NCBI GenBank assembly: GCA_964437755.1
Contig: CAYTIA010000002.1
Coordinates: 34,107 to 98,106, forward strand
Direction: 5' to 3'
Length of the DNA stretch: 64,000 bases
DNA from: an uncultured Pseudomonadales bacterium
Lineage (GTDB): Bacteria; Patescibacteriota; Microgenomatia; UBA1400; PJMF01
Shown: in pieces, positions 57,694 through 64,000 of the stretch
How the letters are laid out: each line of letters starts with the position of its first letter
Position numbering within the stretch: position 1 is the stretch's first letter
The notes under the pieces: model-generated
The model's database searches: none
What the model saw: only the letters and a program-made list of their open reading frames with translations
What the model was told of the DNA's origin: nothing
Made by a program: the position numbers and the translations under genes

Positions 57694-58374
57694 TTACTCA
57701 ATTGTTTTAGTTTTCTCTAACTTAATCTCACCTCGTTGATTTCTCTCTAGGTTGGAAAAATCAGGTCGGGGTGTATTAACTTTTTTAATAGTGTTTGAGT
57801 TATTTTTTGATGAACTTGAGCCTAACATACTGATAACAGTAATTAATACTACCAGGCCTATCAATCCAATACCGATGTACAGCATAATTTTTGAATCTTT
57901 TCCGCCCATGTTATCAAAAATATTAAATGAGTCATTAAGTTTAGATAGAGGAGTTGTCGGATTAAGTGGATCATAATCTAAACTTGAACCAGTGCCGTCA
58001 GTTGTTTCTGGAGATGATGGTTCTTCGATAACAGGATCATAACCTTTTTGTGATGGATCTTGAGAGGCATCATACCCGGAAGCCATGCCGCCACATGTTT
58101 CATCTTGAGGGTTGGCAGCTAATCTACATCTGCCCTGATAACAAAAATGATTAGCTTGGCAGTTTCTATTGCTAGCACATGCTTGATTACAACCAACAAC
58201 TTGATAGCTTGCTTGAGAAGCCAAGTTTTGAGTTTGGAGTGAAGCCTGGGAAGTAACTACTAAGGCAGACATAAACACGATCATGGCAAAGGCTCCATAA
58301 ACTGCACTTACGGGAATTTCTAGTTTTTGAGCAACTTGAGAAAAAAGATTGTTTTTTTTGGTTGGCGTGTTCAT
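57694..58374 (-). CDS. Small membrane-anchored Cys-rich secreted protein (hypothetical)
   Basis: ORF 57694..58458. Likely start Met at 58374 (MNTPTKK...). Signal/TM, six-Cys module (CNQACASNRNCQANHFCYQGRCRL..CGG), second TM, short tail. Confidence 0.4.
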   Translation of the reverse strand: MNTPTKKNNLFSQVAQKLEIPVSAVYGAFAMIVFMSALVVTSQASLQTQNLASQASYQVVGCNQACASNRNCQANHFCYQGRCRLAANPQDETCGGMASGYDASQDPSQKGYDPVIEEPSSPETTDGTGSSLDYDPLNPTTPLSKLNDSFNIFDNMGGKDSKIMLYIGIGLIGLVVLITVISMLGSSSSKNNSNTIKKVNTPRPDFSNLERNQRGEIKLEKTKTIE

Positions 58375-58564
58375 AGGAAAGTAGATGAAGTAAATAAATA
58401 ATTCAACAGATGCGACTAATAAATAGAATACTCGATTTACCCCTGAATAGTCAAGCACTGAGGGTGGTCAATAATCTATTCTGGTCATAGTAATAATATT
58501 ATTTGTTGTATTCATCTTTTAAATAAGTAGTTTATTTCGTATAATTATGATAGTTCTTTAACAG

Positions 58565-58700
58565 TCAAGTGTGGGGGATAACTAAATTTTCCTGAACAGT
58601 TCTCGAAAGGGTTGATGGGTTGTCTGGTCACTCCGTGGAGTTACTAGCGCCCTACCCACCTTCCATTTTGCGGGAACATTGTTGTCTCCCACACTTGGTG
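58565..58700 (+). ncRNA. Candidate structured RNA element upstream of the tRNA-Thr pair (function unknown)
   Basis: Locally GC-rich. Outer stem GTGTGGGGGA (58569-78) with TCTCCCACAC (58684-93). Nested stem GTTCTCG with CGGGAAC. Internal hairpin CACTCC-gtg-GGAGT. A TATAAT-like box at 58540-45. Confidence 0.3.
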
Positions 58701-58775
58701 GCTAAGGTATTTAGAGTGAGTTACTTATTACGGGTGTTTATCTGTGGTAGAATTCCCATTTGGCTTGGCCTTGGT

Positions 58776-58847
58776 GCCGAAGTAGCTCAGGGGTAGAGCA
58801 CCATCTTGGTAAGATGGTGGCCATGGGTTCGAATCCCATCTTCGGCT
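58776..58847 (+). tRNA. tRNA-Thr (anticodon GGT)
   Basis: Acceptor GCCGAAG/CTTCGGC, D-arm GCTC..GAGC, anticodon stem CCATC/GATGG with loop TTGGTAA, T-loop TTCGAAT, discriminator T. Confidence 0.8.
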
Positions 58848-58883
58848 CAGAAAAAAATGAAATAACTGGCTTTGGAAATTAAA

Positions 58884-58957
58884 GCCAACGTAGCTCAGCT
58901 GGCTAGAGCAGCGGTTTTGTAAACCGCAGGTCGTGAGTTCGAGTCTCACCGTTGGCT
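58884..58957 (+). tRNA. tRNA-Thr (anticodon TGT)
   Basis: Acceptor GCCAACG/CGTTGGC, D-arm GCTC AGCTGGCTA GAGC, anticodon stem GCGGT/ACCGC with loop TTTGTAA, short variable loop, T-loop TTCGAGT, discriminator T. Confidence 0.8.
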
Positions 58958-59039
58958 CATGAAATTTAACAAGAGGGATGGCTGGTTTTGTGTTATAATC
59001 CCATCCTCTCAAGAAAACAAGAAAATATAAAGGAAGAAT

Positions 59040-59243
59040 ATGGCATCAAAGAAAAAAGGTCCAAGACAAACAGTTGGCTTAGTATGTTCTGTTTGCAAAA
59101 AATTTAATTATGTAACTGAGTACAACAAAAATAATGAGGTACTCAAAAAACAAAAAGATGGAGAGGGAACCTTCCCCATTATGAAGTTTTGCCCAAAGTG
59201 CAACAAGCAAACTGAGCACAAGATGGCTAAAAAACTCAAGTAG
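59040..59243 (+). CDS. rpmG: 50S ribosomal protein L33
   Basis: 67 aa. Zinc ribbon CSVCKK...CPKCNKQTEH. Lys-rich. Confidence 0.85.
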   Translation: MASKKKGPRQTVGLVCSVCKKFNYVTEYNKNNEVLKKQKDGEGTFPIMKFCPKCNKQTEHKMAKKLK

Positions 59244-60661
59244 TTGAGTTTTTTCTGGCTGGTTTTATTTTTTTTTATCTCTTCAACCGTTTTGATAATA
59301 TTATTCGCTCCCTGAGTGAACAGAGCATTGATGTTCAGTGCTGACTTCATGGCTTGTTCAATCCAAGAACTTTTTTGATTATCTTTGGATTTAAGAGATT
59401 CAAGTTGTTTGATGATGTTGTTGGTATTTGCAACCTTTGCCACATCTAATTTGGTAAATATTTTTCTGATGTTGTGTTCCCACTCACCCCACTCTTTGAG
59501 TGTTAATAAAAAACTTCCGCTAGCAATCGCATCGTATGCCATATCTCCAGACGGCTTACTAATAAAACCATCTGCCCAGGGAAAACCAAGATGTATTAAT
59601 AGCTCATTAGCATCAACTATTTGTGGATGATAAATAACGCTCAATTTTTCATTCTTAATTGAGAGAGATGATTTTTGATTGTTGCTAAGTTGTAATAGAT
59701 CTCCGTAAGCTGAAAAGTTAGCTGGATCGTTAGCAACGATTTTGTTGAGTTCAATCTCATGCGATTTAGCCAACTCAATCACCATTTGGTAAATATCTTG
59801 ATGGGTTCCAGCATATACTAATAGTTGATAGGGAGAGGGATTTTTATGCAGTTCTGGCAACAGTTTTTGTAATAACTGCTTAATTTCATTTTTATTGGTT
59901 CCTAATCCACCTGTGGTTATGCATAATTTTAATGGACCATCTTGCCAGATTTGTTTGTTTTGTGCAGAATGTACAATTCTTGGATCAATGGGCGGTCCAG
60001 TCACAATTACTTTACTTTGATCAATTTTTTTGTTCAATAACCTTGCTTTTTCCATAAATTCAAGCTTTGTATTGTTGTCAAAAACTAGAAAAGTCATGTT
60101 TTTTCGCTCAGCTTCGTTCAGGTAATCTTCGCGCACGTGTGGATCGGTGACCATTTGTACAACTTGTTTTCCTTTAGCAGCTAAGATGTTACCTGAGGCA
60201 ATATGGAGAGATAAAATTGGTTGAGAAACGTTTTTGGTAAGTTCGAGTAGGGGCGGAGTAATACTAGCTAAGATTGGAAGTTTGTTGCGTGCAAAACGAT
60301 CAGCAAAATCCTTAAGCATTTTGAGCAAGGGAGTTCTGGCAAGGATTTTTCCAATCATCTCTGTAAAATACACCGAGGATCTATCCTTTAAATTAATATA
60401 GTTGGTTGGATCAACAATCCAGGCTTTTTTTGGATCAATGTTTGTCTGCCAAGCTTCAACCGCCACAGCCAAGGCCATTGAGTAGTGAGCTCTTGAAAAA
60501 ACTACATCTTGAGTAGAGTCAATCTCGGGAAATTGATGATATCCTTTGAGATCTTCAACGTAAGTAGCCGAAACGGTTACTATTGGTAACTTTGTTTTCT
60601 CAAGTAATTGTTTGTCTTTTTTTAGGGTGTGTTTAAGTGATGGGTCAAGAAGTAAAGTCAT
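59108..60661 (-). CDS. GT-B fold glycosyltransferase (MGDG synthase/UgtP/MurG-like, GT28-type)
   Basis: 517 aa. N-terminal SRAHYSMALAVAVE (compare GHxxxAxAI of the MGDG synthase N-domain). C-terminal GFPWADGFISKPSGDMAYDAIASGSFLL typical of the GT-B donor-binding domain. The last about 45 codons run antisense through rpmG. Confidence 0.5.
   Translation of the reverse strand: MTLLLDPSLKHTLKKDKQLLEKTKLPIVTVSATYVEDLKGYHQFPEIDSTQDVVFSRAHYSMALAVAVEAWQTNIDPKKAWIVDPTNYINLKDRSSVYFTEMIGKILARTPLLKMLKDFADRFARNKLPILASITPPLLELTKNVSQPILSLHIASGNILAAKGKQVVQMVTDPHVREDYLNEAERKNMTFLVFDNNTKLEFMEKARLLNKKIDQSKVIVTGPPIDPRIVHSAQNKQIWQDGPLKLCITTGGLGTNKNEIKQLLQKLLPELHKNPSPYQLLVYAGTHQDIYQMVIELAKSHEIELNKIVANDPANFSAYGDLLQLSNNQKSSLSIKNEKLSVIYHPQIVDANELLIHLGFPWADGFISKPSGDMAYDAIASGSFLLTLKEWGEWEHNIRKIFTKLDVAKVANTNNIIKQLESLKSKDNQKSSWIEQAMKSALNINALFTQGANNIIKTVEEIKKNKTSQKKLNYLSFLAILCSVCLLHFGQNFIMGKVPSPSFCFLSTSLFLLYSVT
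59233..59254 (+). terminator. Intrinsic terminator overlapping the rpmG stop codon
   Basis: AAAAAACTCAA-gtag-TTGAGTTTTTTC. The rpmG TAG sits in the loop. Confidence 0.55.
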
Positions 60662-60798
60662 GTGTTGGCTAATGATTAATAGTAAAAGATGAATATAAGT
60701 CTAAACTAGAGAAGATAAAAATACAATTATTCGAAAATATTTTTATATCTTGAATTGAGAGATTTTCAAGATAGTTATGATAGAATAAACGTTTGAAA

Positions 60799-60870
60799 AG
60801 GGCGGTGATGTTAATGGTAGCATGGAGGTCTCCAAAACCTCTCGTGAGGGTTCAAATCCTTCCCGCCCTG
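60799..60870 (+). tRNA. tRNA-Trp (anticodon CCA)
   Basis: Acceptor AGGGCGG/CCGCCCT, D-arm ATGT..GCAT, anticodon stem GAGGT/ACCTC with loop CTCCAAA, T-loop TTCAAAT, discriminator G. Confidence 0.75.
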
Positions 60871-61132
60871 CAAAGCTTTTTCTATCTTAAGTTTACTTTT
60901 TTTAATACAAACTTTCTTCATAATCTGGATTATTTGTACTTGAGATCACCATCATGGTATTATTGATTAGCATTAATAATAAATGGAGTATGATCCAAAC
61001 CAGGATAGACAAGAAAACATTGATAGACAAAACTCAACAGAATTTCAAATTAAAACCGACACTAAAGGTCAGCTTTTTAAAAAATAGTTTATTAAATAAT
61101 TAAACTGGTGTCGTTTTTAGTATAATTTTTCT

Positions 61133-61885
61133 ATGACAGAACAAGAAGCTCATGCAGATACAGTAACCCTTAATGAACAAGCTCAGAATAGATTGGCAGC
61201 TTTGAAGTTGGTTTATCCAGAAAAAAATTTTCAATTAATTGATGGTACTGGTGGAAGTGATGGAATGATTTTCGTTGAAGAAGGAAAGCCAGACGTGGTT
61301 TATAAAGTTACTCAAGGATGGCGCTTACTTTATGGTGAGGCCGAAGCCAGAGCTCTTTATTTAATGGCTCAACAAGGTATTGCTCCAACCTTTGTTGAAT
61401 ATATTCCCGCAGATTCAAGACAAGATACATATTATGACCGTTATCCTGACTCAAGGGGTCAAGATGAACATAGTTTAAAACCATTTTTAGAGTATTACTT
61501 TGGTGATGATTTTATGATGAGAACAGAATTTCAAGCCCAGGGACTAGAGCATAGCATTTTGGTTATGGGAAGAGTAAATTTTCAACAAGAAGAAAGTATT
61601 AATATTGATATAAAAGAAAAGATCCAGGAAATGCTTAGATTGGCCAAAGAGGTAATAGCGCTCAAACTTAGTTTGAATGATACTGAGCTTCAATTTGATT
61701 ATCCAACTAGACGTTACTTATTTTTAGATTGCGGAGGAGTTAAAGTCGCAAAAAAGGTGGATACGAAATATATATTAGAGACACTTTTATGGATTGCTGA
61801 TCACATAGCCGGTAATGTGGCTGAAAAAAATGAATTGGAAAAAATAGCTTTTCGGGTAGTTGAAGGTTCGGTACAACTAATGTAA
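61133..61885 (+). CDS. Hypothetical protein, possible kinase-like fold
   Basis: 250 aa. Gly-rich DGTGGSDGMIF then VYKV, later LNDTELQFD and FLDCGG. Loosely reminiscent of the APH/PKL loop order. Weak. Confidence 0.35.
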   Translation: MTEQEAHADTVTLNEQAQNRLAALKLVYPEKNFQLIDGTGGSDGMIFVEEGKPDVVYKVTQGWRLLYGEAEARALYLMAQQGIAPTFVEYIPADSRQDTYYDRYPDSRGQDEHSLKPFLEYYFGDDFMMRTEFQAQGLEHSILVMGRVNFQQEESINIDIKEKIQEMLRLAKEVIALKLSLNDTELQFDYPTRRYLFLDCGGVKVAKKVDTKYILETLLWIADHIAGNVAEKNELEKIAFRVVEGSVQLM

Positions 61886-61893
61886 TTAGTTAT

Positions 61894-62139
61894 ATGACGC
61901 CAGAACAATTAAGAGAGATATGTAATAAGCTTGGCCCTGGTATCGATCTTGCAGTTGTATTATCGGATCGAGTAGTAATGCATGCAAGACCAGATCAGAT
62001 GACTAAGATTATGGAGGTAGCAATAGCAGCTGGTCCAGAAGTAGCCGCAGAATTGCAATATTATTTAGAGACTGCGGCTCAAGATGCCGATGTATGGAAG
62101 TCAGCTAGAATAGGTGAGGTTTGGGAAGAAAATAGATAG
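61894..62139 (+). CDS. Hypothetical small protein
   Basis: 81-aa ORF, no motif. Confidence 0.3.
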   Translation: MTPEQLREICNKLGPGIDLAVVLSDRVVMHARPDQMTKIMEVAIAAGPEVAAELQYYLETAAQDADVWKSARIGEVWEENR

Positions 62140-62162
62140 GTTCTAACGTCTTTTACTAGATC

Positions 62163-62963
62163 ATGCAAATAATTATTCTATTTCACAATATGCTAAAAAA
62201 TAAGACTTTTATCAAAATTTCAACATTATTAAGTTTTTTAGTGATGATATTAATTAATGCCTTGGCCAATATTCTGCCAATCAACAGCATCACAACGGGA
62301 GAAATATCTGACGCCTATCCCAATCTATTTGCTCCAGCTGGAATTACTTTTTCAATTTGGGGTTTGATCTATTTTTCACTGGCAGTTTATGTGTTTTATC
62401 AATTTTTACCAAAAAGTAAAAAAATTGTAACTTTAATTAATAAAATAAATATTTATTTTATTTTATCTTCTATAGCCAATACTGCTTGGATATTTCTTTG
62501 GCATTACCAAATGATTGGTTTCTCAGTGTTTTTGATGCTGGTGATTTTATACTCCCTAATAAAAATCTCTTCCTTAACAAATCAAGGTGATTTAAGTAAA
62601 AAAGACAAATTGTATACAAAGATTCCCTTTGGTCTTTATTTTGGTTGGATTACTATTGCTACCATTGCCAACATCACCACTTTCTTAGTGAGCATCGGTT
62701 GGCAGAACTTTATTCTTTCTGATCAAGTATGGACAATGATTATTTTATTGGTTGGAATGGTGATTGCATCGATAACAACAATTAAAGAAAGAAATTTATT
62801 TTATGGTTTGGTGCCAATTTGGGCATATTTCGGAATTTATCTAAAACATACTTCAGCCTCTTACTTTAACAATAATTATCCAAGCGTAGTGGTAATAGTC
62901 ATTATTTGCATTGCGATTTTTATTGGAGTAGACGGATATTTATTGGCGAAGAAGAGTATTTAG
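62163..62963 (+). CDS. Polytopic membrane protein (possibly TspO/MBR-like)
   Basis: 266 aa, about 7 TM helices. N-terminal GEISDAYPNLFAPAGITFSIWGLIYFSLAVY resembles the TspO/MBR-related membrane family. Low certainty. Confidence 0.35.
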   Translation: MQIIILFHNMLKNKTFIKISTLLSFLVMILINALANILPINSITTGEISDAYPNLFAPAGITFSIWGLIYFSLAVYVFYQFLPKSKKIVTLINKINIYFILSSIANTAWIFLWHYQMIGFSVFLMLVILYSLIKISSLTNQGDLSKKDKLYTKIPFGLYFGWITIATIANITTFLVSIGWQNFILSDQVWTMIILLVGMVIASITTIKERNLFYGLVPIWAYFGIYLKHTSASYFNNNYPSVVVIVIICIAIFIGVDGYLLAKKSI

Positions 62964-63056
62964 TTGCTGGATGTGGGTTATTAAATTAATTAGAATTTTT
63001 TTTAACAATCCTTACATTTTATTAATAAGCCTTAATTTTTTTAAAAGAATTATATT

Positions 63057-64000
63057 ATGGGTTCAGAAACCTGCGGAAGCAATTCGTTTAGAAAATCTGC
63101 AAGTATAAGAGTCATTACTGGGCAAACGCCCGATCCATTTGACTCTCTTGCTTATAATAGTTCGGGTAGTAGATATGTTTCTCCAGAATCAAATCACACT
63201 CATGAAGCAGGAAAAGAAAAAGATTTGATAATTATTGACACAGAAAGTTTAAAAGCACAACTATTTTTATCTATTTTTCGAGTTTTTGAAAAAAAATTTG
63301 TTTTTAGTCCAACATTATTTACAGATGGAGAGAGAAAGGTTCTTGATGAGCTGGGAGTTGAGATGTTAAGGTATGATAAAAATCATTTTGTTGTTATTAG
63401 TTTTGGGGATTTAAATTTAGTAGAAATATTAAAGCAAGTAAAAGATGTACATTTTAGAATTAAGCTCAAAAATGGTTTTGAAAACAAGCTTCCCTTTTCA
63501 ATAAATATGGGCGGTGAGGAAGAGAGAGTCTGGCAACTAGCTCAAGAATTAGCTAGAAAACTCTCGAGTGAGATTCGTTCAATGTCTCCAGATGAACTAG
63601 AAGCTCAAATTAAAAAATTTGTCCTTAGTCATGAGTTAGAACACATGAGACATCACCTCTCTTGTTCAAAAGGAGTATCTATAGAGGAAGTATATAAATA
63701 CCTGAGAAGTCTTGAATTGGGTTTAGCTACAAAAAGAGAAGAATTGAGCGACAGTGAAGAGCTAGATATCTTGGATCAAAAGATTGGTGAATTAAAATTA
63801 CTAGTAGTAAGGTTAAGTGTTTATAGCGAAGCATTGTCAATTTTATCTGAATTTTCCTATCACGTAACAGAAGCAAATTATAAATTACAAGTATTGCCAA
63901 TTTTATTTCGTATTTTGAGGTTTTTTTGTTCTTTTAAAGAAAAAAACAGCGGAGAAATATTTACCTCTCTTTTAAATTACGATTTTGAAGATCAACCAAT
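63057..64000 (+). CDS. Hypothetical protein, 5' partial (runs off window)
   Basis: Open frame from ATG 63057 to the window end with no stop (more than 310 codons, hand-translated). Not in the supplied ORF track, presumably because it is incomplete. Confidence 0.45.
   Translation, partial: MGSETCGSNSFRKSASIRVITGQTPDPFDSLAYNSSGSRYVSPESNHTHEAGKEKDLIIIDTESLKAQLFLSIFRVFEKKFVFSPTLFTDGERKVLDELGVEMLRYDKNHFVVISFGDLNLVEILKQVKDVHFRIKLKNGFENKLPFSINMGGEEERVWQLAQELARKLSSEIRSMSPDELEAQIKKFVLSHELEHMRHHLSCSKGVSIEEVYKYLRSLELGLATKREELSDSEELDILDQKIGELKLLVVRLSVYSEALSILSEFSYHVTEANYKLQVLPILFRILRFFCSFKEKNSGEIFTSLLNYDFEDQP

Noticed and set aside
58728-59012. 94-aa minus-strand ORF overlapping the two tRNA-Thr genes
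   Set aside because: It runs antisense across two well-formed tRNAs and is almost certainly spurious.
1-64000. CRISPR arrays, rRNA genes, transposases
   Set aside because: No short regularly spaced direct repeats, no 16S/23S/5S signatures and no transposase/integrase-like ORFs were seen.

Overview
This 64-kb window is low GC (about 35%, estimated by eye) and densely coding. It comes from a bacterium using the standard genetic code: there are no internal TGA codons in the long conserved genes, and TAA/TAG/TGA are all used as stops. The gene content is consistent with a small-genome, CPR/Patescibacteria-like organism. The basis for that is many lineage-specific ORFans, a 1639-aa giant protein, sortase and competence genes, ribosomal proteins with low-complexity N-terminal extensions, and no obvious respiratory or biosynthetic genes. 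That placement is an inference. Recognisable core genes are leuS, thrS, ndk, mreB, murD, a WecG/TagA-type glycosyltransferase, comEA, comEC, a peptidase M16, the secE-nusG-rplK-rplA block, a separated rplJ-rplL block, rpmG, and five tRNAs (Arg-CCT, Pro-CGG, Thr-GGT, Thr-TGT, Trp-CCA). Accessory content includes a VapBC-type toxin-antitoxin pair, a sortase with an adjacent PKD-domain substrate carrying a QPKTG-type sorting signal, a five-gene surface-protein operon, tandem GNAT acetyltransferases, and an 8-kb island of hypothetical proteins next to thrS. The observations worth most attention are: (i) a 14-codon leader ORF with five consecutive Thr codons plus overlapping antiterminator/terminator hairpins immediately upstream of thrS, which looks like a classic ribosome-mediated attenuator; (ii) comEC interrupted by one in-frame TGA exactly at the channel-domain/MBL-domain boundary, with an SD-like sequence and ATG right after; (iii) the normally contiguous rplKA-rplJL cluster split by about 17.5 kb of opposite-strand genes; and (iv) a QueC-like PP-loop ATPase with a novel N-terminal domain upstream of murD. 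There are no rRNA genes, CRISPR arrays, transposases or integrases.
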